In this document: in pieces, positions 47,100 through 61,132 of the stretch | Numbering within the stretch: position 1 is the stretch's first letter | How the letters are laid out: the number at the start of each line of letters is the position of its first letter | DNA from: Sphaerodactylus townsendi | Taxonomy: Eukaryota | NCBI RefSeq assembly: GCF_021028975.2 | Contig: NC_059433.1 | Location: 67,208,001-67,272,000, forward strand | DNA length: 64,000 nt | Direction: 5' to 3' | Made by a program: the position numbers and the translations under genes | The notes under the pieces: generated by a model | What the model saw: only the letters and a program-made list of their open reading frames with translations | Database searches by the model: none | What the model was told of the DNA's origin: nothing

Positions 47100-48480
47100 C
47101 CATCGATGGCCCCTGGAACTCACTGTACACTGACCTACCTTTGACTGTGATCTGGAAGCTTAAACTCGTTCAACATACGGCCGTCAGACTCCTTTCAGGG
47201 ACGCCCAGTTGGGACTGGATTACNNNNNNNNNNNNNNNNNNNNNNNNNNNNNNNNNNNNNNNNNNNNNNNNNNNNNNNNNNNNNNNNNNNNNNNNNNNNN
47301 NNNNNNNNNNNNNNNNNNNNNNNNNNNNNNNNNNNNNNNNNNNNNNNNNNNNNNNNNNNNNNNNNNNNNNNNNNNNNNNNNNNNNNNNNNNNNNNNNNNN
47401 NNNNNNNNNNNNNNNNTACTATTATTATTAATTTAACTTAACATACCGCCCCATCCCCAAAGGGCTCTGGGCGGTGTACAACATAAAACCATACATAAAA
47501 TCATCATACAGAGCTTCCATAAATACAATAAAAACAGCAGTTATCCTAAGATGGCATCCCACCTAAACTGAATCCTCCTGAAAAGCGGAGAGAGAGGCAG
47601 TGGGTCCAGATGGTATCAGGACCTATGGATCTCAATAATGGGTCCTGATAATATTAGGGACCCATGAACTGGGGGGGCACAATTCAGCGGCTGGTATCTC
47701 CAAAGGTCCAGTGGAACAACTTAGTCTTACAGGCCCTGCGGAAATCACCAAGGTCCCTCAGGGCCCGGACAGCTGGAGGGAGAGTGTTCCACCAGGCGGG
47801 GTCCAGAGCCGTAAAGGCCCTGGTCTGGGTGGAGGCCAGCCGCATCATTGAGGGGGCAGGGATCTCCAGTAAGTTGGCCTCTGCCGAACGCAGAGGTCGA
47901 GATGGGACAAATGGGGTAATGCGGTCCCGAAGGTTCATTGGCTGCCCATAGAGTTCCGGGTCATGTTCAAAGTATTGGTTCTGACCTTTAAGGCTATTAG
48001 CAGCCTTAGACCTTCATACTTGAGGGACCACATCTCCCCATATTGCTTTGCTAGGTCTCTGCGGTCTTCGGAGGAGAACCAATTGGAGTGCCCTGGCCCA
48101 AAATGCATCCGGTTGGCCTCTACTAGGGCCAGGGCCTTTACAGCCTTGGCCTCCCTCTGGTGGAACAGGCTCCCTAGAGAGACCAGGGCCCTGCAGGACT
48201 AACAGAGTTTCCACAAGGCCTGTAAAATGGACCTGTTCTGCCAGGTTTTTGACCAGCCACTCCAACTACATCTGGACTCCGGTGGGCTCAGTTGGGGGGG
48301 CAGGATTTGATTTTTATCACCATCTGTGTATGCGTTAAACAGCTATTGCTAATTTTATTAGGAGTTTTGGGGGGATTTTAACTGGTTAAATTACTCTGTT
48401 ATGTTATTTTATTCTGTTGTTCGCCTCCCTAAGCCCTTTGAGGGAAGGCAGCCTATAAATTAAATAAACATATAAATAAA
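47100..48480. mobile_element. L2 LINE 3' fragments in both orientations
   Basis: KLKLVQHTAVRLL; FKVLVLTFKA...YLRDHI; RAFTAL...WWN on both strands. Confidence 0.8.
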
Positions 48481-49550
48481 CAGGCATGATCAATCTAATA
48501 TTTTTAAAACCATTTTTAAAAAAAAAAAAAATCCCTAAAATAAACAGAAAATAAAATTAAGCCAATGGTGTCTCTAAAGAAGGGCGTCAGAAATCCAGAA
48601 ATTCGAATGTAGAAAATAAGAACAACGCAGTCAAACATTGCAATAGAGATTTTCACACAGAAGAAGTTGGGATTTCTTGAAGGCGGCATGATAATGTATT
48701 TGCATTATTTATAGTTCACCTTTCTCACTGTGACTCAAGGCAATTTACACACTGATCGTTTCTGCACAGTCCAAATATCCTGGGTTGAGCAAGAGAAATA
48801 CCCGGTTCCATGCACAGTTCCCAGATACGCTTGCGATGCAAATACAAAAGTCCCGGGCTCATGCAAAAGAAATTGGAGTATTTTCTTCATTGGATTCCTT
48901 CACAAAACAGGCAGCCGTACAAAGGGATAAACCAGGGTAAAACAGATCTGGATTGTAAGAAACCGGTTGAAACTTGTTTATTGTGCCGTGTGTAAGTTAA
49001 AGCAGACAGTAGGATAAGACATCTAAGACAATGTAATAAAACAAGGATTAGAGAAATCTGAAACCAAGCACACAGTATTAGAGACAGTAAGTCAAACAAG
49101 GCAGAAAGTGGATATTGCATGCTTGGAGTGCTGTCAAGTGGTGAGGAATTGTGGCGGACCCATAGGATTTTCAGGAGACCGGGAGAGGTGGTTTGCCATT
49201 GCCTGCCTCTGCAGAGTGATCCCAGAATTCTTTAGTAGTCTCTTATCCAAATATTAGCAAGCAGGGACGCAGGTATAGATTTTTTATGGGGGGGTTCGGG
49301 GGTGGAGCCATACCCCCGCCCACTCCTAGGGCACGGCAACACCTCCCCAAGCCCCGCCCCTGGCCTAGCGCTGATGCTGGAAGCCACCCCCAAACAGCAT
49401 CACTTTCAATGGTGTTTAAACTAGAGAGCCCAAATTCTCCTTTTAAATCCACCTTAAAGGGAGAATCTGGGGTCCCTAGTTAAACAACATTAAAAATGAT
49501 GCTGTTTTGGGGTGGATTATTCCCCACCCTGAAACAGCATCACTTTCAAT

Positions 49551-50150
49551 GTGGCGTAGTGGTTAAGAGCAGGTGCATTCTAATATGGAGGAACCGGGTT
49601 TGATTCTGTGCTCTGCCACTTGAGCTGTGGAGGCTTATCTGGGGAATTCAGATTAGCCTGTGCACTCCCACACATGCCAGTTGGGTGACTGTAAAGATGC
49701 TTTTCTTTCTTCCCAGCTCTCTCGACCTTGGCAGCATTCCTCGAGCTGGGCCGTGTGCCCGGTGAGGCCAGTTAACCTTGCTACTCTTATCTTCTGTGTG
49801 TGAAGCTAGTTTGAGTCTTTCATGGGAACCTGTCTGGGGCTTCGAAGGAGGGGAGGGAATCAGACTCGTAAAAGCAGTCTGCTTGTTTGGGAAAACCAGA
49901 TTCAGCATTCCGCGTGTTGTGTATCATGGAAGCTTAAGAATAAAGATCCTTCAATGGTTACTCTATTCTGGTTCTTTCTGATTCTCTACAGTGACCTTGG
50001 GCTAGTCACAGCTTTTCAGAGCTCTCTCAGCCCCACCCACCTCACAGGGTGTTTGTTGTGAGGGAGCAGGGGCAAGGAGATTGTAAGCCCCTTTGAGTCT
50101 CCTACAGGAGAGAAAGGGGGGATATAAATCCAAACTCTTCTTCTTCTTCT
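49551..50150 (+). mobile_element. Squam3-like SINE split by a solo LTR
   Basis: A/B boxes, (CTT)n tail. Confidence 0.8.
49690..49990 (+). mobile_element. Solo LTR (301 bp)
   Basis: TGTAAAGA...TCTCTACA termini, perfect 5-bp TSD GTGAC, internal AATAAA. Confidence 0.8.
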
Positions 50151-51069
50151 AAACTGAGGACCTCAGATTCTCCCTTTAAATCCATGCCGAAGGGGGTGGA
50201 TTTAAAAGGAGAATCTGGGGAAATTTGGAGGGGTGCCTGCTTTCAGGGGTGCAATTGTTAATCGAGAAGCACCAAACTTTCAGGGTATCTTTAGGAGTCT
50301 CTCCTAATGATACCACCCAGGTTTGGTGAAGTTTGGTTCAGGGGGTCCAAAGTTATGGACCCTCAAAGGTGTAGCCCCAATCTCCTATTAGCTTCCTTTG
50401 GAAACAATGGGGATGGGGGCACCCCTTTTGGGATTCCATAGCTTTGGACCCCCTGGACCAAACTTCACAAAACCTGGCTGGTATCAATAAGAGACTCTCC
50501 TGATAATACATCCCAGGTTTGGTGAAGTTTGGTTCAGGGGGTCCAAAGTTATGGACCCTCAAAGGTGCAGCCTTCATCCTCTATTAGCTCCCATTGGAAA
50601 CAATGGAGGATGGGGGCACCCCCTTTGGGAGTCCATAACCTTGGACCCCCTGAACCAAACCTTACCAAACCCGGGTAGTATCATCAGGAGAGTCCCCCAA
50701 ACAATCCCTGCAAGTTAGGTGCCACTAGCCCAAACAATGCATCCCCTGCAGGCCAAAAACCGAAAAAGCACTAAAATGTTTTAAAAACCCACAAACGGAG
50801 GGGCGGAGCTTCAGACATGAATGGGGGGGTTTCAAACCCGAGAACCCCCCCTTACCTACATCCATGCTAGCAAGGGCCAACCCTAGTTAGCTTCCAAGAT
50901 TTGACAAGATGAGCTTAGCTTGGGTCATGAAGGTCAAGGAGAAAATGGTGTTCCTTGAGTATAAAACAATACAGTGAGAGTAGACCAATAAATCTAACAG
51001 TAGCATGTGCCCCTGGAAAGCAAGATCAAATTAATTCATGCCATAGTATTTTTATTACTATGAGTAGGT

Positions 51070-51170
51070 GGGAAAGCTGGACAGTGAAGAAAACTGACCG
51101 GAAACAATAGATTCCTTTGAAATGTGGTGTTGAAGGAGAGTGTTAGGTGGACCACCAAGAAGACAAAAAA
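51070..51170 (+). mobile_element. RTE/BovB fragment (duplicate at 52283-52380)
   Basis: ESWTVKK.DR...DSFEMWC.RRVL. Confidence 0.7.
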
Positions 51171-51534
51171 AGGTCAAACCAATGATGAGGACGTGTCCCA
51201 GCCAGGCCGGAGGGTGAGAAAGTTATTGCATTTATAAAGCAGAAGAAAACAAGAAGGGGTTCTGTTTTGGCTCCTGCTCCTGGTCCTCTCCCAAAGTCTT
51301 ATAGCAAGAACCAGGGAAGAGCTGAAATGATAACAGGTTATATTATATTCCTCTACTTGTTTGATTTATGAGATGTCCCTCCCCAAAGCGGCTCAGGGTG
51401 CATGCACAGTCCCCAGATACGCTTGCAATGTAAATACAGAAGTCCCAGGCTCATGCAAAAGAAATTGGAGTATTTCCTCCTCGTCTTCATTGGGTTCCTT
51501 CACAAAACAGGCAGCCGTATGAAGGGAGAAACTA

Positions 51535-51766
51535 CCCTGTTTCCCCGAATATAAGACATCCCCGGAAAATAAGACGTAGTAGAGGTTTTGCTGAAGTGCG
51601 AAATATAAGGCATCCCCCGAAAGTAAGACGTAGCAAAGTTTTTGTTTGGAACCATGCCCAACGAACAGAACTCCGAAAAATAAGACATCCCCTGAAAATA
51701 AGACATAGCGCATCTTTGGGAGCAAAAATTAATATAAGACACTGTCTTATATTCGGGGAAACACGG
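51535..51766. mobile_element. Tc1/mariner-pogo (Tigger-like) MITE
   Basis: TIR cc.tgtttccccgaatataagac, TA TSD. Confidence 0.8.
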
Positions 51767-51979
51767 TAGGATAAAACAGCTGGATTGTAAGAAACCGGTT
51801 GAAACTTGTTTATTGTGCCGTGTGTAAGTCAAAGCAGACAGTAGGATGAGACATCTAAGGCAATGTAATAAAACAAGGATTAGAGAAATCTGAAACCAAG
51901 CACACAGTATTAGAGACAGTAAGTCAAACAAGGCAGAAAGTGGATATTGCACACTTGGAGTGCCGTCAAGTGGTGAGGA

Positions 51980-52140
51980 ATTGTGGCGGACCCATTGGGT
52001 TTTCAGGAGACCGGCAGAGTGATCCCAGAGGGATCTACAGAGGGATCCCAGAATTCCTTAGTGGTCACTTATCCAAATACTAGCTAGGGCCAACATTGGT
52101 TAGCTACCAAGTTTTGACAAGATGAGCTTAGCTTGGGCCA
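51980..52140 (-). mobile_element. 5S rRNA-derived SINE remnant (also 49150-49261 + 50867-50925, and 18665-18760)
   Basis: Minus strand resembles the 5S internal region (ggaagctaa.cagggt...agta.ttggat..gagacc...ggaat). Confidence 0.55.
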
Positions 52141-55100
52141 TGAAGGTCAGGGAGAAAGTGGTGTTCCTTGAGTATAAAACAATGCCATGAGAGTAGACCA
52201 ATAAATATAACAGTTGTATGTGCCCCCGGAAAGCAAGATCAAATTGATTCATGCCATAGTATTTTTATTACTATGGGTAGGTGGGAAAGCTGGACAGTGA
52301 AGAAAACTGACCGGAAAAAATAATTCCTTTGAAATGTGGTGTTGAAGGAGAGTGTTAGGTGGACCACCAAGAAGACAAAAAAGGTCAAACCAACGATAAG
52401 GCCGTGTCCCAGCCAGGCCAGAGGGTGAGAAAGTTACTTCATTTATAAAGCAGAAGAAAACAAGAAGGGGTTCTGTTTTGGCTCCTGCTCCTGGTCCTGT
52501 CCCAACGTCTTATAGCAAGAACCAGGGAAGAGCTGAAATGATAACAGGTCATCAAAGGGTCTTGTGACACCTGGCAGGCTTCCTGAGTAGAACCTGGTTC
52601 ACCAAAATAGAATCCACCGCTCAAGTGGAGGAGTGGGGAACCAATCCTGGTTCTGCAGATTCGGGTTGGCTGCTCGTGTGGCGGAGTGGAGAATCGAGTC
52701 CACATAGCAAATCATACATTTTAGAGAATGGAAAGAAAAACTGAGCTCCCGAGAACTCAATTCACAAGTTACATAACACTGCAAGACACTGACTTGACAA
52801 CCCATTTATGTTGTCCAAAATATAAAGCTCAACTTTCTCATGAGACATAAGATTCTCAAGGCCATTTTCTTCCCCCTGGGGGCTTCCAGAGCATCTGAGG
52901 GGAATGAAACACCCAAGAAGTCAGTTCTCAAGATACATAAGACTTCCAGGAACTGTCCTGAAAACATCTTTGTGTTCTTTATAAAAAAACAAGTTATTGC
53001 CTTGAGGCATAAGGTCTTAGAAGTAATTTCCTCCCCACTTAAAAGCTTTCTGGAGCATCTTAGATAAATTGCAGAATTTCCCGTAAACTGGATGCCAGCT
53101 TAGGGATGTGTGATCAGAGCATCTTGATGTGGAATCCATGCCCCAACTGCTGAAAAACAACATCGTTATTCTCTAGCTGCGGAGAATACTTAATATTCAA
53201 TGGACAAAATCTCTTTCATATGAAAACGTGATCAAGGATTCTAACAATTCTGCAGGATGCCTGAAGTCTCTTTTNNNNNNNNNNNNNNNNNNNNNNNNNN
53301 NNNNNNNNNNNNNNNNNNNNNNNNNNNNNNNNNNNNNNNNNNNNNNNNNNNNNNNNNNNNNNNNNNNNNNNNNNNNNNNNNNNNNNNNNNNNNNNNNNNN
53401 NNNNATAGGTGAGTGGGACTTTAAAAGGTAAAAGAGAAAGCTCTTATGCGCCAATTATGCAGGGAATTCTTACCTCGAGACTCTTCTCTGCACACTGGGC
53501 TTGCAGAGGGTTTAATTTTCTATTCATTGCAAAGAAAATGTTATTAATTTTCCTTCCCAAGAATTTTCCAGAGAAATTGAAAGAGCTACCAATAATGTAG
53601 GAATAGATTTTTATGGGGGTTCAGGGGCGGGACCATGCCCCCACCCATGGGGATGGGGCCACGCCTCCCCAAGCCCCGCCCCGGCCTCAGCACTTATAAA
53701 AGCAGCTCTCCAAAGCCAAGGATGGCAGACTCCCCTCCCCCGCACCACCTGGGCTCTCAGCCAGCAGCTGGCAGTCCCTTCTGCCTTCCCCTCCAGGCAG
53801 AGGCGTAGCTAGGGAAAATGGAGCCCGGTGCACAATCTTTGCGGGGGCCCCCCCGCCAATGGGTGGCCACTGTGATGCTGGAATCCACCCCCAAACAGCA
53901 TCACTTTCAATGGTCTTTAAACTAGGGAGCCCAGATTCTCCTTTTAAATCCACCTTAAAGGGAAAATCTGGGGTGCCCAGTTTAAACAACATTGAAAGTG
54001 ATACTGTTTTGGGGTGGATTATCCCCCACCTGAAACAGCATCACTTTCAATGTTTAAACTGGGGACCTCAGATTCTCCCTTTAAATCTATGTCGAAGAGG
54101 GTGGATTTAAAAGGAGAATCTGGGGAAATTTGGGAGGTGCCTGCTGTCAGGGGTGCAATTGTTAAGCTAGCGGCACCAAACTTTCAGGGTATCTTCAGGA
54201 TATTCTCCTTCTGATACCACCCAGGTTTGGTGAAGTTTGGTTCAGGGGAACCAAAGTTATGGATGCTGAAAGGTGTAACCCCATCTCCTATTAGTTCCCA
54301 TTGGAAACAATGGAGATGGGGCACCCAGTTTGGGGGTCCATAGCTTTGGACCCCCTGACCAACCTTCACCAAACCTGAGTGGTATCAGCAGGAGACTATT
54401 CTGATGATACCACCTACATTTAGTAAAATTTGGTTCAGGGGGTCCAAAGTTATGGACCCTCAAAGGGTACCCCCATCTCCTATTAGTTCCCATTTGAAAC
54501 AATGGGGAAGGGGGCACCCACTTTGGGAGTCCACAATTTTGGACCCCCTAAACCAAACTTCATCAAACCTGGGTGGTATCATCAGGAGAGTCTCCTAACA
54601 AAACCCTGAAATTTTTGTGCTGCTAGCCTTAAAACCGTGCCCCCTGCAGGCCAAAAACCAAAATAACATTTTAAAAATACAAAAAACCACAAACAGGGGG
54701 CCGAGCTTTGGACATGTAATGGGAGGGGTTGAACCTGATGAGAAAAAAAAACCCTTACCTACGTCCTTGAGAGATATGCTTGTATTTAATAACTGTTGTC
54801 ACGGTAACAGTGGGTGATTCTGCACAGGCAAAAGATAACGAGTTCAGGGGTGTGAAAAAAGTCTTATGGGGGAGAAGTTCTCACAGCACTCAGCCCCCAA
54901 ATGCTTCTAACTCATTTTTGCTAAACCCAACAGAAACTTGGACAGCCAAATGGCTAGACAGTAACGTCTTCCTCTTGAGGCAGGAAGATCAAACACACAC
55001 TTGAGGGGAGGTTATGTATAAATTCTCTGGACATGAGAAAGAACCTCTCTCTTATCTTTTGGCTTTAGAGTGGGAAGACTCAAGCCATGAAGGACTGAAC

Positions 55101-55255
55101 CTCTGTCTAGCAACTTTATCTTGTCTCAATACTAAGAAGAAAAATAATCTTACAATGTCAAGAATTATGAGCCTGTCACAATTAGACATAATTTAGAATA
55201 AGTACCAAGTATTTGGTAAGGGGAGGGAATGATTTCACATTTTCTTTGTATTCTT

Positions 55256-56530
55256 TAGAGATGGCGGATCGGATCGGCCGAACTGCAGTTTGGCCCGAGA
55301 TCCGCTAGTTCAGAGGGATTCAGACAGCCAAGAGTCCGAACTCGCCCCCTCTAAACTTTGCAAAATCCGAACGCCAGTGGTTCAGATCGGGCCCTTCTCC
55401 CCGAGCGGTGGTTCTTCCGAGCCAGCCGGGAAAAAACTTTAAAGAGGCAGGGAGCTGCAGGCGGCGGCACCCTCCCCAGCCGCTCTAAGCCCCAATCCGC
55501 ACGCACACACAACTCCTGTGTGCGTGCAGACCGGGGCTTGGAAGCTGGAGGGGTGTCAACGTGGCCAGGGAGGGAAGATGCCTGCTTGGACTCCAGTCCA
55601 AACACCCATCTCCCCTCCCTGGCCACGCTTGACACCCCTCCCTTTCCCAAAGTCGCCCCTCCGGCTTCTAAGCCCCAATCCACACGCACACACAACTTCT
55701 GTAGTAAAATTGCAGACCAGGCTTGGAAGCTGCCAGAGTAACAAGCATGGCAAGGGAGGGGTGAGGCCTGCTCCAAGCCCCCACAGCCAAGCTTAGCACC
55801 CCCTTCCCATCCCAAAAGTTGCCTCCACTTCTAAGCCCTGACCCGCGCATGCACACACACACACAAGTGTAAGCACCCATCCACCCATGCCACCCTTGCT
55901 ACCCAGTTTCCCAACCAATCCCCAGTAAAAAAGATACCCCGCTTACCTTTAAAAATGTGCCCCCGCAGGCACCCCAGGAATTCCCCCATTGAAAGCAATT
56001 GAAAAAATTCAATGCAAACCACAGAATCTTGGGCAAAAATCCTGGGGTGCCTGTAGAGAACACGACCCCTAAGAGCTATACATGAGAATTTCAGGGTATC
56101 TTAGGAATACTGTTCTGATCATGCACCCCAAGTTTGGGGCAGTTTGGTTCATGGGGAGCCAAATTATGGACCCTCAAAGATAGCCCCTATATTCCATTGG
56201 CTCCCATTGGAAACAATGGGTGATTTGGGCTATCTTTGAGGGTCCATAACATAGGCCCCCCTGAACCAAACTGCACAAACCTTGGGGTGCATGATCAGAA
56301 CAGTATTCCAAAGATACCCTGAAATTTCCATGCTGAAACCTTTAAAAATGCGCCCCCTGCAGGCCAAAATGTGGAAAAACAGCAAAAAAATAAAAAAGCA
56401 TCCGAGAATCTCGGAATTTCGGGTGTATTCGAGCCTGGCAGGCTCAGATATGGGGGGATCCGACCCCATACATCCGAATTGGGCCCAAATCCAAACCAGG
56501 GCTGAATTTTTTCCCCATTTACCAACCCTA
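55256..56530 (+). mobile_element. hAT-type non-autonomous element
   Basis: Perfect 8-bp TSD GTATTCTT; termini tagagatgg/ccaacccta. Confidence 0.75.
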
Positions 56531-59500
56531 GTATTCTTGCTTTGTCTGATGCTTCCATGGGCCGTAAAAGTATTCTTGTATTTTGAGCCATGAAAACCTG
56601 ATCTCAGTGAGCCCACCATGCCTATTCAGTCCTGCTATCCAAAAAGTGTGACAAGGGAGAGGCCCCCAGTAAACACACTGTTCTGGGCACGTGGTTGCTC
56701 CGAAGTTCGCAAGTGTGATAGATTATCCCCACACTCCCTTTTAGGAACAAAAATGGGACAGGCAGGAAATAGTCAGGACCTTTAAAGGTCAAGGCAGATA
56801 AAAAAAGTGCAGATAAAAATGTGGGAAATCATCGGGCAGGAATGGCTCTTTGATTTGCTGGTGGCAGCAGTCAACGTGCTCCTTCTTACATCTCTTCCCT
56901 TTTTAAATTGCTTTTCCTCTGTTTGTTTCTGCATAATCCCAAGGGGTTTTTTAATCTGCCCCCCCTGCCACAGCAGCACAAAGGGCATGGGAAGAGGTGG
57001 AATCAGAAAGAAGCCCCCAGGCCCTTTCCGGAAATGCATGGAAACAAACCTCCACCGGCATAATTTATGCCGGTGGAGGCTCGGGGATCATTCGCACGCT
57101 AGCGTGCAAGCGGCCCTGACTCCCCCCCAGCCAGAGAGGTGGCTCTGCACAGAGCCGCCTCTCGGTCAACCCCCTCCACTGACCTTCATGTCCACCGTTG
57201 CTCTGGAGTGCTGCAGGGACCCACCGACACTACCCTCTGCCCTCAAGGGGTTGGAGGGCAGCGTGGGCGGGTCTCTGCAGCCCTCCAGAGCGACGCTGGA
57301 CATGAAGGTCAATGGAGGCAAGGGGGAAAGCGGTGGGAAGATGCCGGTTTTCAAAAACCTCGCTCATTGAGTGAGGTTTAAAGCGGCGGCTTCACACTGC
57401 TCGGGGGTGGCCAGGATGGCACTGCTGCAAAGCTCCTGTGCAAACAGCACCCTAGGGACAATGTTTTTACTGTCCCTAGGGTGCTGTTATTTGGCTGTGC
57501 GGAAATGGCTCAAAGGAGGTATTCAAGGCAAGAGGCATTCAGAGGGGGTTCCATTGCCTGCCCTCCATCATACCCCTGGCATTCCTTGGAAGTCTCCCAT
57601 CCAAAACTTGCCAGTGTCAAGGCTGCCAATGTGGGACTGGCCCAAGGTCCCCCAGCAAGCTTCCACAGCAGAGTGGAGATTCGAACCTGGGTTTCCCCGC
57701 TCCATCCATGCTGGCTTGCAATGGGGAATATTACATTATGAATTATGTGGATCTAGCTTTAAAAGGGGCTTGGACAGATTGATGGAGAAGTCGATTTATG
57801 GCTACCAATCTTGATCCTCTTTGATCTGAGATTGCAAAGGCCTTAGCAGACCAGGTGCTCGGGAGCAGCAGCCGCAGAAGGCCATTGCTTTCACCTCCTG
57901 CATGTGAGCTCCCAAAGGCACCTGGTGGGCCACTGCGAGTAGCAGAGAGCTGGACTAGATGGACTTTGGTCTGATCCAGCTGGCTTGTTCTTATGTTCTT
58001 ATGTTCTTATGATCTTGGAGTCCAGCAACACTTCCTTACAACTGAATCTGTTTTGAGATCATTGATGGCTTTCTGTAACCGATACTACTACACAATAGTT
58101 GAAGAGCCATTACAGGATCCTCTTAGTTTTTGTCTTATTATGATTATAATCAGAAAGAGTACAACATGCCTGCTTCGCCAACTGGAGGCTAAGTGGGGGA
58201 ACACCGGAGAAAGGATGTTTGACATTGTGGAAGGTTAAAGATGATACGTGATAAAAGGTATGCTGTGAAATAATTTCCCTTTGGTAGCAAACATTTGCCA
58301 TCCAAGTTTTAAAAGATCAGTTTTCAAGCAACATAAAAATACAGGCCTATGCCTTAGAGACCCCACAAGTTTTCCATAATATGCAGAGTGAGTTGCTCTT
58401 CAGACTCCATCTTTTCAAAACAATTTCTTCTACACTTAGGAGTCTGGAAAAGCAGCTGGGGAGAGTAATGGAGCGTTACCCATGGCTAATGGTCTCTCTG
58501 GCTAATGGACTGGTAGGAAATGCTCCTGTAATATATGGCCCGTGCCCCACCCTTGCTGGTCTATGTAAACTACTTCTCAGGCATTTTCTGCACTGCATTT
58601 GACACTCCGTGCTAGCTGGACAAATTCATTGCAATCCCAAGAAAAAGTGACATCTGCGATCCTGAAGTTCTGAAGAAGAACCGTCAGCGCCTTGCCTTCA
58701 ATTGGGAAAAGTTTGGATCAGAAGAAGGTAGGCTACCCTCTGCATGAAATGCATGCTTAGCAAATTCTTCCGGACATCTCGCCCCCCCACACACACTTCT
58801 CATCCATGGCTTCTAGAAAGGCAACCTTTACTACAAGGAGGGGTTGGAATTTCTCCTCCTTGGTGTTTCGATTTTGCTTCTCCCTCAAAGAAAACTGAAT
58901 TGATTGATTCTTTATCGTCACAACAGTTCTGTCTCCTTGTCCTGGTGTGGTGGTTGAGAGCAGTCGACTCTAAACAGGAGAACCAGGTTTGATTCCCCAT
59001 GCCTCCACGTAAGTGGTGGACTCTAATCTGATGAACTGGGTTTGGTTCCCCGGTGCTACACATGAAGCCTGCTGGCTGACCTTGGGCCAGTCACAGTTCT
59101 CCCAGAACTCTCTCAGAACTCTCTACCTCACAAAGTGTCTGTTGTGGGGAGAGGAAGGGAAAGGAGTTTGTGAGTCTCTTTCCAGGAGAGAAAGGGGGGC
59201 ATAAATCCAAACACTTCTTCATGTTTCGTGTATTGCCACGTGTATTTTCTCCCTAGTCCTCTTTATGCCTGAAGCCCGTCTTTAGCAAAGGTCATGTAAC
59301 AATCTCTTGTTTCATCAGGTTAATCCAAAGAAAGCTGGAGTCGTATGTTGCTGTATGCATCCCTCACACAAACACATAGGCTCCTTCCGCACATGCAGAA
59401 TAATGCACTTTCAAACTGCTTTCAGTGCTCTTTGAAGCTGTGCGGAATAGCAAAATCCACTTGCAAACCGTTGTGAAAGTGGTTTGAAAACGCATTATTC

Positions 59501-59956
59501 TGCGTGTGCGGAAGGGGCCAAAGATAACTTTGGACAGGGTTTTTTTTAAAAAAATGTGTCTTTTGGTTTTTGGCCTGCAGGGGGTGCATTGTTTAGGCTA
59601 GCAGCACCAAACTTTCAGTGATTGTTTGAGGGAATCTCCTGATGATACTACCCAGGCTTGGTGAAGTTTGGTCCAGGGAGACCAAAGTTATGGACTCACA
59701 AAAGGGGTGATCCATCCTCCATTGTTTCCAATGGGAGCTAATAGAAGATGGGGGCTACACCTTTGAGGGTCCATAACTTTGGACACCCTGAACCAAACTT
59801 CACCAAACCTGGGAAGTATCATCAGGAGAGTTTGGTGCTGCTAGCTTAACAATTGCACCCCTGACAGCAGGCATCCCCCAAATTTCCCCAGATTTTCATT
59901 TTAAATCCACCTGTTTCGGCATGGATTTAAAGGGAGAATATGAGGTCCTCAGTTTA

Positions 59957-60248
59957 GAAGAAGAAGAAGAGTTTGGATTTATATCCTCCCTTTTTCTCCT
60001 GTAGGAGACTCAAAGGGGCTTACAATCTCCTTGACCTTCCCCCCTCACAACAAACACCCTGTGAGGTGGGTGGAGCTGAGAGAGCTCCGAAAAGCTGTGA
60101 CTAGCTCAAGGTCACCCAGCTGGCCTGTGTGGGAGTGCACAGGCTAATCTGAATTCCCCAGATAAGCCTCCACAGCTCAAGTGGCAGAGCAGGGAATCAA
60201 ACCCAGTTCCTCCAGATTAGAATGCACCTGCTCTTAACCACTACGCCA
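59957..60248 (-). mobile_element. Squam3-like SINE (another, older + copy at 58945-59220)
   Basis: Reverse copy of the 9077 family. Confidence 0.8.
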
Positions 60249-61132
60249 CATTGAAAGTGATGCTGTTTCAGGGTGGGGGATAATCCACCCCAAAACAGCA
60301 TCACTTTCAATGTTGTTTAACTGGGGACCCCAGATTCTCCCTTTAAGGTGGATTTAAAAGGAGAATTTGGGCTCTCTAGTTTAAACACCATTGAAAGTGA
60401 TACTGTTTGGGGGTGGATTCCAGCATCACAGTGGCTGCCGGGGGGGGGGGGCAAAACTCAGATTTTGCACCGGGCTCCATTTTCCCTCTATGCCTCTGCC
60501 CAGAGGGGAGGGCAGAAGGAACTGCCAGCTGTCGGCTGGGAGCCCAGCTGGTGGGGGCAGGGGAGGCAGGGCGGGGGAGTCTGCCGTCCCCGGCCTTGGA
60601 GAGCTGCTTTTATAAATGCTAGGCTAGGGGCGGGGCTTGGGGAGGCATGGCCATGCCCTAGGGACAGGTGGGGTGTGGCCCCACCCCTCAACCCCCCCAT
60701 AAAAAATCTATACCTAAGTCCCTGTCCCTTCCTCTCCCCACAATAGACACCTTGGCTGAGAGAGTTCAGAGAGAACTGGGACTAGCCCAAGGTCACCCAG
60801 CAGGAATATACAAGCGCAGAAGCACAACCAGTTCACCAGATAATAATCTGCCGCTCAAGTGGAGGAGTGGGGAAATCAAATCCAGTTCTCCAGATTAGAG
60901 TTCACCGGGAGAGTCCTGGGAAAACAACCATTCCTCTGGATGCTTGTTTGATATATTAATTCCTTATTATGCATATACTTCATCTGGCATTGAAATGATG
61001 CAATAGCAAACAACCGCATGCTGCTGTAGTTCTTTACACTTTGGTGTGGTTTTGTTGTCTAGTTTGAACTAGTTTGCCTTTGGGGTGCTGTGTGGTTTCC
61101 GGGCTGTATGGCCGTGTTCTAGCAGCATTCTC

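Larger units (their letters stand above)
49262..50866 (+). mobile_element. hAT-type non-autonomous element with nested SINE and LTR (relatives ~53597-54768, ~59535-60724)
   Basis: TIR cagggacgcaggta/tacctacatccatg, TSD ttagcaag/ctagcaag; empty site at ~52080. Confidence 0.78.
48810..52550. repeat. Local tandem duplication (48810-51340 and 51401-52550)
   Basis: Both units start tgcacagt.cccagatacgcttgc and end gctgaaatgataacaggt. Each carries a different DNA-transposon insertion. Confidence 0.88.

Noticed and set aside
50260-50710. Regularly spaced repeats resembling a CRISPR array (also 54170-54600)
   Set aside because: Vertebrate DNA; these are alternating inverted modules within hAT-type elements, with no unique spacers and no cas genes.
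51225-51340. TATAAA plus a possible donor at the end of both tandem units
   Set aside because: The donor is weak and there is no linked gene evidence.
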